NCBI GenBank assembly: GCA_028289135.1
Contig: JAQGGW010000003.1
Coordinates: forward strand, 2,015 to 66,014
Origin: Candidatus Saccharimonadota bacterium
Lineage (GTDB): Bacteria > Patescibacteriota > Saccharimonadia > Saccharimonadales > JACDBH01
Direction: 5' to 3'
DNA: 64,000 bases
Below, one piece after another: positions 33,851-42,164 of the stretch; the first letter of the stretch is position 1; the number at the start of each line of letters is the position of its first letter. Below the pieces are notes generated by a model. It was not told the DNA's origin. It saw nothing but the letters and a program-made list of their open reading frames with translations, and made no database searches. The translations under genes and the position numbers were made by a program.

Positions 33851-33895
33851 GTTATGGGTCCGATCGCCTCCCTCTCCAAGAACATTGGTGGATAA
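33851..33895 (+). pseudogene. orphan second copy of the pilC 3' end (last 14 codons plus stop)
   Basis: 40 of 45 nt are identical to 33658-33702, and all 5 differences fall in codon third positions. Both copies encode VMGPIASLSKNIGG*. Confidence 0.7.
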
Positions 33896-33920
33896 AAAAA
33901 GGCTTTCCCAGAGAAAACTG

Positions 33921-33948
33921 TTGACTAGTGTGAGCTTATGCTTATAAT
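33921..33948 (+). promoter_or_regulatory. sigma70-type promoter for the pilin genes
   Basis: TTGACT-N16-TATAAT lies about 90 nt upstream of the pilin ATG. RBS GGAGG at 34021-34025. Confidence 0.6.
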
Positions 33949-34036
33949 CATGTGCAGATACTTACTGTCTACCCGGATAGTAGGTGGTCAAAGAAAATAA
34001 TTAAAACTCAACCAAATCAAGGAGGGTGGGCCCTAG

Positions 34037-34504
34037 ATGATTTCACTAAAAAATAAGCAATCTGGTTTTACAATCGTAGAACTCTTGATCGTAATTGTCG
34101 TTATCGGTATTTTGGCCGGTCTTGTCATTACGACCTTCAGCGGTATTCAACAAAAAGCTCGCGACACTGAACGCGAAACAGATATTAAGGCGCTACACGG
34201 CCAAATTGAAGCTTTCTGGGCACAGAAGGGTTATTACCCATCTTTGACAGACATGAACACGGCTTCATTCGTATCGACTAACCTCAAGGGCTTGGACGCA
34301 GGTGCGTTTAAGGATCCTAAAGGAAGCGTAAGCACTCTAGCAACTACGGCTGCTGCAAGCGTTTACTCATACGCCGTTACAAACACAGCTGGTACCACCT
34401 GCGAAGCAGATGACACCACTTGTTCCAAGTACGTTTTGACTGCTACCCTGGAAGGTACACTCAACGGTTCTGGCACGTTCGTCAAGAACAGCTTGAACAG
34501 CTAA
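34037..34504 (+). CDS. type IV (major) pilin, copy 1
   Basis: Class III signal MISLKNKQSG|FTIVELLIVIVVIGILAGLV with Glu+5. C-terminal Cys pair CEADDTTC. Has its own terminator. Confidence 0.9.
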   Translation: MISLKNKQSGFTIVELLIVIVVIGILAGLVITTFSGIQQKARDTERETDIKALHGQIEAFWAQKGYYPSLTDMNTASFVSTNLKGLDAGAFKDPKGSVSTLATTAAASVYSYAVTNTAGTTCEADDTTCSKYVLTATLEGTLNGSGTFVKNSLNS

Positions 34505-34517
34505 GTTTAATACTATT

Positions 34518-34565
34518 CCCCAAGCGTGAACCCCTAAAAAGGTATTCACGCTTGGGGGTTTTTAA
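34518..34565 (+). terminator. rho-independent terminator between the pilin genes
   Basis: A 13-bp stem CCCCAAGCGTGAA / TTCACGCTTGGGG followed by GTTTTT. Confidence 0.8.
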
Positions 34566-34584
34566 AATGTAAAAGGCATTATAA

Positions 34585-35058
34585 ATGATTAATCTCAACA
34601 AAAAGCAAAGCGGTTTCACGATTGTGGAACTTTTGATCGTCATCGTTGTTATCGGTATTTTGGCAGGACTTGTCATCACAACCTTTAGCGGCATCCAGCA
34701 AAAAGCTCGCGACACTGAACGCGAAACAGATATTAAGGCATTGCATGGTCAAATTGAAGCATTCTGGGCACAGAAGGGTTATTACCCATCTTTGACAGAC
34801 ATGAACAGCCAGGCTGCTGGCGGGTTCGTAGCTACAAACCTCAAGGGCTTGGACGCGGACTCATTTAAAGATCCTAAGGGCTCTTCGAACGCATTAGTCA
34901 CAGCACCGGCTGCAAATGCATACGCATATGCTGTTACTAACGCTGCTGGTACCACCTGCGAAGCAGATGACACCACATGCGCAAAGTACGTTTTGACTGC
35001 TACCTTGGAAGGTACGCTCAACGGATCTAGCACATTTGTTAAAAACAGCTTAAACTAA
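34585..35058 (+). CDS. type IV pilin, copy 2
   Basis: MINLNKKQSG|FTIVELLIV. Residues 7-74 are identical to copy 1, the middle is variable, and the C-terminus is conserved. Confidence 0.88.
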   Translation: MINLNKKQSGFTIVELLIVIVVIGILAGLVITTFSGIQQKARDTERETDIKALHGQIEAFWAQKGYYPSLTDMNSQAAGGFVATNLKGLDADSFKDPKGSSNALVTAPAANAYAYAVTNAAGTTCEADDTTCAKYVLTATLEGTLNGSSTFVKNSLN

Positions 35059-35077
35059 AGCGCGTTTTTCTTTAGTA

Positions 35078-35110
35078 AACGGGACTTCTTGATGGGGTCC
35101 CGTTTTAAAT
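35078..35110 (+). terminator. putative terminator after pilin 2
   Basis: AACGGGAC-loop-GTCCCGTT followed by TTAAATTTT. Confidence 0.55.
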
Positions 35111-35195
35111 TTTATATACCCCTAACATAAGCAATTTGTTATACTAATAGCAATACTTTACGTGTGGTTACAGAAGGGCACCCTGAACCGATTAG

Positions 35196-36266
35196 ATGAA
35201 CACTCAGAAACTGTTATATAAGGATAAACCACTCTTTGGTTTGGACATTGGTGCCAACAGTATTAAAGTCATGCAATTAACCCATGAGGGCAAGCAAATA
35301 AGCGTTAGCGGCTATGGGGTTATCCGCTTTGAAGAGACTGCTACCGAAAACGGAGCCATAACCGACTACGAAGGTCTTGCCAAAGCGATGCTGGAGCTTT
35401 TTGATAAACATATCAACGGCAAGATTACTACCCGCCGTGTAGCTGCCACCATTCCAGCTTCGAACGCCTATTCACGTGTTATGACCCTGCCCGCTTCGCT
35501 TTCCCGTAAAGAGCTGGATGAGGCTGTAAAGTTTGAAGCCGAGCAATATATTCCTATCCCGCTTGACGATCTTTATATCGACTATTCCTTGGGCACCACG
35601 ACGACAGACACGCGCGATGTCCTGGTGGTGGCCGTGCCTAAAAAAATTATTGATTCCTATACACGCTTCTTTGAACTTGTCGGCCTGGAAGTCTGTTCAA
35701 TAGAAACTACAATTTCCGCCTCCAGCCGCTTGATTGCAGCTACCGACCGTACCGCTCAAACGCCTAGCATTTTGATAGACCTGGGCTCGGTCTCTGTGGA
35801 TCTTAGTATTTATGACAAAATTTTGGTAGTAAACGGAACGGTTCCTGGCGGCGGCGATAACTTTTCGGAACAGATTAGAGACCGCCTGCAAGTCACATTG
35901 CCTGAAGCTAATACCATTAAGATTAACTACGGCCTCGGTAGAAGTAAAAAACAGGATGAGATCCGAGAAGCCCTGCGCGACCAGCTCGACCAGCTTGTCA
36001 AAGAAATCCGCCGGGTCGTGCGTTACTACGAAGAGCGTACCGAAGGAAAAAGTAGGATCGGCCAGATAATAACTATGGGCGGCGGCGCCAATATGCCAGG
36101 TTTGACAGACTTTTTAACCGATACTTTGCGCCTCCCAACCCGTATGTGTAACTTTTGGGGTAATTTTGACCTGCATAAGCTGCCTGTTCCAGATGAAGGC
36201 GACCGCTCAATATACGTAAGTGTGGCCGGCGCGGCGCTGCTTAATCCAAAGGAAATTTGGAAATGA
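35196..36266 (+). CDS. pilM: type IV pilus assembly protein PilM (actin-like ATPase fold)
   Basis: FGLDIGANSIKVMQL... and GGGANMPGL. 356 aa, directly upstream of pilN and pilO. Confidence 0.88.
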   Translation: MNTQKLLYKDKPLFGLDIGANSIKVMQLTHEGKQISVSGYGVIRFEETATENGAITDYEGLAKAMLELFDKHINGKITTRRVAATIPASNAYSRVMTLPASLSRKELDEAVKFEAEQYIPIPLDDLYIDYSLGTTTTDTRDVLVVAVPKKIIDSYTRFFELVGLEVCSIETTISASSRLIAATDRTAQTPSILIDLGSVSVDLSIYDKILVVNGTVPGGGDNFSEQIRDRLQVTLPEANTIKINYGLGRSKKQDEIREALRDQLDQLVKEIRRVVRYYEERTEGKSRIGQIITMGGGANMPGLTDFLTDTLRLPTRMCNFWGNFDLHKLPVPDEGDRSIYVSVAGAALLNPKEIWK

Positions 36267-36892
36267 GCACCCTAAACCTTATGCCGCCCGAGGCCAAGTC
36301 CTCAATTGCCTACGCCCGCCGCAACACACGCCTGGTACATTGGACCATTGGCTGTCTAGTCATAATTGTCGCTATGGCAGCAACTGTCGTCGTAGGCGGC
36401 TTTTATATCGACAACTCCAAGCAAAACCTTGCTTCTTCTATTAGTGCCACCCAAGACACCATCAAATCCCAAAAACTTGATAAGATCCAAGCTGAAGCAC
36501 AAAACCTTTCAGGCGGGGTCAAGCTTATCGTGCAAGTATTGTCTAAAGAAATCCAATTTTCAAAACTCCTCCAGCAGCTCGGCGGCCTGATGCCAACTGG
36601 AGCAACACTGGGGAGCGTACAGCTTTCCAACAAAATTAACGGCGCGCTTGACCTGACAGCAAACGCAGTCGACTACGAATCCGCTACCCAGGTGCAAGTA
36701 AACCTTCAGGATCCAAAAAATAACCTGTTTGATAAGGTCGACACCATCAGCGTTACCTGTAACGACGCTAATGCCGCCGCAAGCACAAGCTCCGTGGATT
36801 CACGCTACAAATGCCAGATAATTATCCGTGCCCTGTTTAAAGCCGACGCGGCTGTTACATTGCTAGCTAGCCCGGCAGGAGCTGCAAAATGA
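36263..36892 (+). CDS. pilN: type IV pilus assembly protein PilN
   Basis: ATG at 36263 overlaps the pilM stop (ATGA), with AAGGA 9 nt upstream. Single N-terminal TM helix and the LNLMPPE motif. The track start at 36257 is a TTG. Confidence 0.75.
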   Translation: MSTLNLMPPEAKSSIAYARRNTRLVHWTIGCLVIIVAMAATVVVGGFYIDNSKQNLASSISATQDTIKSQKLDKIQAEAQNLSGGVKLIVQVLSKEIQFSKLLQQLGGLMPTGATLGSVQLSNKINGALDLTANAVDYESATQVQVNLQDPKNNLFDKVDTISVTCNDANAAASTSSVDSRYKCQIIIRALFKADAAVTLLASPAGAAK

Positions 36893-37542
36893 GTCCAAAG
36901 CGCTTTTTCTTCGTAATGGTCGGCGTGTTTTCACTTAGTATTGTTGGTGGCGGGGCAATGCTTTATTTTGCTAATACAATGCTGCAAAAACGCTCAAGCA
37001 GTGTCGTCGACCTCAAACTGCAAAGCTCAGAAGTCGAGGCCCAGTTAACCGCATATCAAGCGGCCAAAAAAGACGTTCAGCAGTATTCGTATCTTAACGA
37101 CATTATTGCCAGCGCTTTACCGCAGGACAAAGACCAAGCCCGCACCGTACGTGAAATTTTCTTGTTAGCCAACCAGTCTGGCATTGCCATAAAATCCGTC
37201 CAGTTCCCAAGCTCATCACTAGGGGCGGTTGTTGCGCCTGTTGCCGGAGCTACACCTGCGGCCACTCCCGCAACCCCCGTAGCTGCTCCAACACCAGCCA
37301 TCACCCAGGCCAAGCCAGTTACCGGCTTAAACGGCGTATACTCGATAGAGACAATCGTAACGCCGTTTGCCGACGACAAGAACAACAAGGTTACCTATGC
37401 CCAGCTGATCAGCTTCCTGCAAAAGATCGAATCCAACCGCCGCGCCATGCAAGTAGCCAGCATCCAGCTTAACCCGCTCGGTCAAAACACTTCCGATTCC
37501 ATATCTTTCACGCTAACCCTTAATATTTTTATAAGGCCATAA
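36889..37542 (+). CDS. pilO: type IV pilus assembly protein PilO-like
   Basis: N-terminal TM helix, coiled coil, and an Ala/Pro/Thr linker. Assigned from its position after pilM and pilN, with a 4-nt overlap. Confidence 0.6.
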   Translation: MSPKRFFFVMVGVFSLSIVGGGAMLYFANTMLQKRSSSVVDLKLQSSEVEAQLTAYQAAKKDVQQYSYLNDIIASALPQDKDQARTVREIFLLANQSGIAIKSVQFPSSSLGAVVAPVAGATPAATPATPVAAPTPAITQAKPVTGLNGVYSIETIVTPFADDKNNKVTYAQLISFLQKIESNRRAMQVASIQLNPLGQNTSDSISFTLTLNIFIRP

Positions 37543-37554
37543 GGAGGGATAAAT

Positions 37555-37851
37555 ATGAAACTAGAACTTAAACCCCTACTCAAAAAACTCCAGCCATTTC
37601 TTAACTTTTTAAAGAAAGACTCGGTGGCAATATTTTTGGTTATTGTAGCGATTGTATTTGGCTTCTTAATCTGGCGGATCGGCAGCCTGGCCGGAGCCGA
37701 ACCAAGCCAGGACGCACTAGACGAAAGTTTGCTTAAAGTTGTCCGGCCTAAAATCGACCAAGACAGCATTGCCAAAATCAAAGCCCTGCAGGCGCAAAAC
37801 GTCGACATCCAGTCATATTTTGTTGACCGCAACAACCCATTCCAGGAATAA
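37555..37851 (+). CDS. hypothetical single-pass membrane protein, last gene of the pilus operon
   Basis: 98 aa with TM helix VAIFLVIVAIVFGFLIW. Begins 12 nt after pilO. No recognisable family. Confidence 0.5.
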   Translation: MKLELKPLLKKLQPFLNFLKKDSVAIFLVIVAIVFGFLIWRIGSLAGAEPSQDALDESLLKVVRPKIDQDSIAKIKALQAQNVDIQSYFVDRNNPFQE

Positions 37852-37883
37852 ATTCTATCTCCCGCATTAATGCATTGGTGAGC

Positions 37884-38044
37884 TAGGGATTACTTACAGT
37901 AGTGCAGTTTGTTCGAAAAGCGAGTACCGAAGCGGAGATGTACGGAATGGTATATTGAGCATCGGAACACACTCTACCCCACAAAGCAGGCTTTGCGGGG
38001 ACCCTTAGCTTTTCGGACAAAATGCGCACTGTATGTAAGCCCTA
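37884..38044. repeat. long imperfect hairpin element, copy 2 (homologous to 6402-6523)
   Basis: The arm starting at 37884 (TAGGGATTACTTACAGTAGTGCAGTTTGTTCGAAAAG) pairs with CTTTTCGGACAAAATGCGCACTGTATGTAAGCCCTA ending at 38044. Inner hairpin CCCCACAAAG-CAGG-CTTTGCGGGG. Fills a convergent intergenic gap. Confidence 0.6.
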
Positions 38045-38047
38045 CTT

Positions 38048-38680
38048 CTAAAAACCGCCGTGGGCAAGTTCTACGCGCTGCGCAGAACCAAGCCGGCCAA
38101 TCCGCTCAATTGCCCGCTCGTGGCAGTTTATAACCGTCCGGCGGTAAAAATCTGGGTTTGGCGTGTTTGGGAAGGTAAAGTTTTCTTCCTCGCCGGCCGT
38201 TTCAATCGTCATGGTGCCGTAGTTGAAAAATGTCTGCAAAATTCCTTTTTTTGTCACCGATACATCTTCGACGTTGATCATATTCAAATGCCCGACTTTA
38301 TGTGAAAACAAACCAAGCTGGCGCACTTCAATCACATTTTGATCTGTAATTAAAATCCGGCTTTGGTTGTAGATCCAGAGCGTAATAAAGGTGCCAACGG
38401 CAATTAGTCCGGCCATCAGAATAAATCCAAGCGTTACCATGACCTTTAGTTGCGAAGTAAAGCTAACATGTATACCTCTGGTAAGCGAAGGCAAAAACAG
38501 CGCAAAACCAAGCATCAGCAAAATAAGTATGGCACCTGTTAGAATAATAATCGCCCGCCCAAGCCAGTGGCGGCGGACATCGGCATAAAGTTGTTCTTTT
38601 TCGTCATCGGCCACCTCTGGATAAGCTTCCACTAATGGCCTCATTGGTTGTTGTTCAGGTTCCATGTATGTTTTTACCAT
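38048..38680 (-). CDS. membrane protein with bacterial PH (YdbS/YdbT, DUF304-like) domain
   Basis: Two TM helices followed by ITDQNVIEVRQLGLFSHKV...GTMTIETAG. 210 aa. Confidence 0.6.
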   Translation of the reverse strand: MVKTYMEPEQQPMRPLVEAYPEVADDEKEQLYADVRRHWLGRAIIILTGAILILLMLGFALFLPSLTRGIHVSFTSQLKVMVTLGFILMAGLIAVGTFITLWIYNQSRILITDQNVIEVRQLGLFSHKVGHLNMINVEDVSVTKKGILQTFFNYGTMTIETAGEEENFTFPNTPNPDFYRRTVINCHERAIERIGRLGSAQRVELAHGGF

Positions 38681-38691
38681 TTATACGATTA

Positions 38692-39720
38692 TTATATCAG
38701 ACTAGCTTGGCCATTAGACGGCTTTTTACCAAGGTGTTTGTAGGCCTTTTTTGTGGCTTTGCGGCCCCGGGGCGTGCGTTCGATCAGGCCAATTTGCATC
38801 AAATATGGCTCATAAAAATCTTCGATCGTTGTGGCTTCATCACCTGTTAATGCCGCCAAGGTGTTAAGCCCCACCGGGTTTTCCCCATAATTATCAATCA
38901 TATGGGTCAAAAGCTGCCTGTCGGCCGGATCCAGGCCAAGTTCATCAATATCCAACAGCTCCAGCGCCAGATGGGTTGTAGCAACGTCAATAATTCCATC
39001 GCCATTCACGTCGGCATAGTCACGCACCCGTTTTAGCAGGCGGTTGGCAATCCGGGGTGTCAGGCGGGCGCGGGTCGAAAGCAGCTGGGCGGCTTCTGGG
39101 GCAATTTTATTGTCCAGGATGTTGGCAGAACGCATTATAATCTGGCTAATCTCGTCCGGCGTATAAAACTCATGCCGGTGCATCATGCCAAAACGGTCTC
39201 TAAGCGGAGCGGCCAATGCGCCAGTGCGTGTAGTGGCGCCAATTAAAGTAAATTTCGGCACATCCAAACGCATACTGCGCGCACTAGGGCCTTTGCCGAG
39301 CATAATATCAATCTTGTAGTCTTCCATGGCGCTGTAGAGCACTTCCTCTACGCTACGGTGCAAACGGTGGATCTCGTCAATAAACAAAATGTCGCCGTCC
39401 TGGAGGTTGGTGAGCAAACTGGCCAGATCCCCTGCCTTTTCAATTGCGGGGCCTGATGTTATGCGGATCTGGGCGCCCATTTCGTTGGCAATCACGCTGG
39501 CCATGGTCGTCTTGCCTAGCCCGGGCGGGCCATAAAGCAAGATGTGATCAAGCTGTTCACCGCGCTTTTTAGCGGCATCAATCGCCAGTTTTAAGTTTTT
39601 CTTAAGGTGTTCCTGCCCAATATAGCTAGCAAAATCGCGCGGCCGCAGCGTAACTTCAAACTCAACCTCTTCGGGGTCTTCATTGTCTGTTGTTGTGGTG
39701 ATAATTCGCTCAACCGCCAT
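38692..39720 (-). CDS. ruvB: Holliday junction branch-migration helicase RuvB
   Basis: [20 protein letters not shown] and a winged-helix C-terminal domain. 342 aa. Confidence 0.97.
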   Translation of the reverse strand: MAVERIITTTTDNEDPEEVEFEVTLRPRDFASYIGQEHLKKNLKLAIDAAKKRGEQLDHILLYGPPGLGKTTMASVIANEMGAQIRITSGPAIEKAGDLASLLTNLQDGDILFIDEIHRLHRSVEEVLYSAMEDYKIDIMLGKGPSARSMRLDVPKFTLIGATTRTGALAAPLRDRFGMMHRHEFYTPDEISQIIMRSANILDNKIAPEAAQLLSTRARLTPRIANRLLKRVRDYADVNGDGIIDVATTHLALELLDIDELGLDPADRQLLTHMIDNYGENPVGLNTLAALTGDEATTIEDFYEPYLMQIGLIERTPRGRKATKKAYKHLGKKPSNGQASLI

Positions 39721-40605
39721 TTATGCCTCCATGCTCGCCGGATAATCAAGCGGCACTCTGTTTGAAACCACTTTTTGGTTTGGAAATTCTTTGGTCAATT
39801 TATCTATATCGTCCGGATCCATTTCCCAGCCAATAGAACCTAAGTTTTCTTTGAGGTGTTCTAAGCTAGTCGTTTTTGGGATGGTGATAACATTTTTCTG
39901 AGCCAGCACCCAGTTAAGTGCAACTTGGTAAGGCGTTTTATGATACTTTTCGGCCATTTTATGCAAGATTTCCGCATCTTCAAGCGCGCCTTTGGAAAGC
40001 GGGCCCCAAGCTACTATAAAAATATCATTTTCCTGGCAATATTCTAAAACGCCCTTTTCGACAATTTCGCGGTACTCAAGACTGTAATGCACTTGGTTGC
40101 AAACAATTTTATTCGTTGTGCATTCCTGTGCAGCCTTAAGGCGCGGTACGGTAAAGTTAGAAACGCCAATATGTTTTACTTTGCCATCGGCAACCAGTTT
40201 GTCCATGGCACGCATTGTTTCTTTTATATCAAGGCCTGGATCAGGAAAACGATGCAGAAGATAGAGGTCAAGGTATTCAGTGCCGAGTCGTTTAAGACTT
40301 TCCTCGCAAGAGTGGAGAACATTTTCATAACTTTGGTTAAAGCCTATTACCTTTGACGTAATAAAAAGTTTTGAACGATCATAGACCTTAATTGCTTCGG
40401 CAATTAGCTCTTCAGCGTGCCCTGCGCCGTACATTTCGGCGGTATCAATATGGGTTATCCCATGCTCAATAGCATTTTTTATTGCTTGGATTTGAGCCTC
40501 ATCTTTGCTATAGTCAGGCTCCATCCGCCCACCCATTTCCCAAGTTCCAAGGCCATATACCGGCAAACTAAAACCACTTTTAAGTGTCTTCAAAGGTATT
40601 TTCAT
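39721..40605 (-). CDS. aldo/keto reductase
   Basis: GLGTWEMGG, IDTAEMYG and LLHRFPD motifs. 294 aa. The stop abuts the ruvB ATG and the start overlaps the ruvA stop by 4 nt. Confidence 0.88.
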   Translation of the reverse strand: MKIPLKTLKSGFSLPVYGLGTWEMGGRMEPDYSKDEAQIQAIKNAIEHGITHIDTAEMYGAGHAEELIAEAIKVYDRSKLFITSKVIGFNQSYENVLHSCEESLKRLGTEYLDLYLLHRFPDPGLDIKETMRAMDKLVADGKVKHIGVSNFTVPRLKAAQECTTNKIVCNQVHYSLEYREIVEKGVLEYCQENDIFIVAWGPLSKGALEDAEILHKMAEKYHKTPYQVALNWVLAQKNVITIPKTTSLEHLKENLGSIGWEMDPDDIDKLTKEFPNQKVVSNRVPLDYPASMEA

Positions 40606-41183
40606 ATGCCGCCCTTTAGCGCTTGTTTGACACGGTTTTCGGTACTTTGGCTTGGGTCAATATTTTTAAGCGCCAGCATGGCGTCAAGTTCGCTGTAGCC
40701 AAGACTCATCAGCGCCTGTGCGGCTTCGTCTTGGGTATCAATGCCGCCGCGCGTCACAATGTCTTCGGCAGAATCTGTCGAGATTAGTCCGACTTTGTCA
40801 CGCAGCTCCACCACAATCTGTTCTGCCGCCCGCTTGCCAACGCCTTTTGCAGTTTGCAGCCGCTTTACGTCGCCGCTGGCAATAGCCGCCCGGACGTCAT
40901 TGGCGCTGCCAATGTCGAGTACACTCATGGCAACTTTCGGGCCCACATTCTTTACACTTAACAGCTGCTCAAAAAGCTTTTTGTCGTCGAGTAGCAAAAA
41001 GCCAAACAAATCGTGCGCTTCTTCTTTAATATTTTCGTGTATATAAAACTTGGTCTTTTCGCCGGTTGTGACTCGGTCGAGGTTATTTAACGTTGTTAAA
41101 ACGCCATAACCAACGCCGGCAATAAGCACCACGGCCTGCTGGCCGATTTTTTCTGAAACAATACCCTCTAAAGTCGCAATCAT
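40602..41183 (-). CDS. ruvA: Holliday junction DNA-binding protein RuvA
   Basis: MIATLEGIV, an OB domain, HhH motifs (VKNVGPKVAMSVL, LQTAKGVGKRAAEQI) and C-terminal domain III. Confidence 0.92.
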   Translation of the reverse strand: MIATLEGIVSEKIGQQAVVLIAGVGYGVLTTLNNLDRVTTGEKTKFYIHENIKEEAHDLFGFLLLDDKKLFEQLLSVKNVGPKVAMSVLDIGSANDVRAAIASGDVKRLQTAKGVGKRAAEQIVVELRDKVGLISTDSAEDIVTRGGIDTQDEAAQALMSLGYSELDAMLALKNIDPSQSTENRVKQALKGGI

Positions 41184-41261
41184 GTACGCTTATTATCCCA
41201 TACTTCTTACCTTGAGAGAAATTGCCTGCTCAAGCTAAAAGATTTTGTAATATTTCCAGTG

Positions 41262-41735
41262 CTACACTGATAGCGTCATCGAATGAGTGATCGCAGTAGC
41301 CAATGCATCCGCCGCATCATCTGGCTGCGGTACTACTTTTAGCTTTAAAATTACGCGCACCATTTCCTGGATCTGCTTTTTTTCGGCCTTGCCGTAGCCT
41401 GTTAAGGCCTGTTTGATTTGCCCAGGTGTATATTCAGAAATCTTAAGCTTGGCCTGCATTGCGGTCAAAAGCACAACTCCCCTCGCTTGGCTGACAGTCA
41501 TAGCTGTCGTGACGTTTTGGCTAAAAAAAAGTTTTTCAACAGCCATTTCACTCGGTTTCGTCTGAGCAATTATATCTGTTAATTCTTCATAAATTGTCAA
41601 AAGCCGCACAGCGTCATCTTCTTTAACTGGAGTACGTATGACACCGGCATCAACCAAGCTAATCTTGCCCTTAACCACGTCCACAATTCCAAACCCTAAT
41701 ATTCCTGTGCCCGGGTCAATGCCAATAATTCTCAT
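41262..41735 (-). CDS. ruvC: crossover junction endodeoxyribonuclease RuvC
   Basis: Starts MRIIGIDPGTGILGFG. ATG at 41735 overlaps the upstream stop (ATGA), so the track extension to 41804 is rejected. Confidence 0.92.
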   Translation of the reverse strand: MRIIGIDPGTGILGFGIVDVVKGKISLVDAGVIRTPVKEDDAVRLLTIYEELTDIIAQTKPSEMAVEKLFFSQNVTTAMTVSQARGVVLLTAMQAKLKISEYTPGQIKQALTGYGKAEKKQIQEMVRVILKLKVVPQPDDAADALATAITHSMTLSV

Positions 41736-42133
41736 AGTCGTTTTTGAATATTCTTTTTCAGCACTGTAAGTACGTAGCCAAGGATAACGGAAGCAACCGA
41801 CCAAATTAACCAGTCCACATAAAACTGCCAGGTTTTAACTGCGCTTTTAAAAATGTTTAGTGCACCTGGGTCTGGTTGTATTGCCAAACAATCAACATTA
41901 CCGATACTATTGCTTACCAGATGAGCCTTTATCGGCAGACCGGCATCCACACGAACGACATCGCTAGTATATTGTTGAGTATTTAAATTTATACCCAAAC
42001 ATATACCTCCCGATATACCGAGGCCATTATCTGGCGCGACGGGTTGAATTGGAGAAAAGTCATTAGAAAAGTTAAAAAAGAAGAGAGTAATCCCTAGCCC
42101 CAAAATAACAGATATTATTACTAATTTACGCAT
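41732..42133 (-). CDS. hypothetical secreted/membrane-anchored protein
   Basis: 133 aa with an N-terminal TM/signal segment (VIISVILGLGITLFFF) and a C-terminal hydrophobic helix. Sits between yebC and ruvC. Confidence 0.5.
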   Translation of the reverse strand: MRKLVIISVILGLGITLFFFNFSNDFSPIQPVAPDNGLGISGGICLGINLNTQQYTSDVVRVDAGLPIKAHLVSNSIGNVDCLAIQPDPGALNIFKSAVKTWQFYVDWLIWSVASVILGYVLTVLKKNIQKRL

Positions 42134-42164
42134 GACTTCACTATAACAGTTTCTACTTTGGAAA

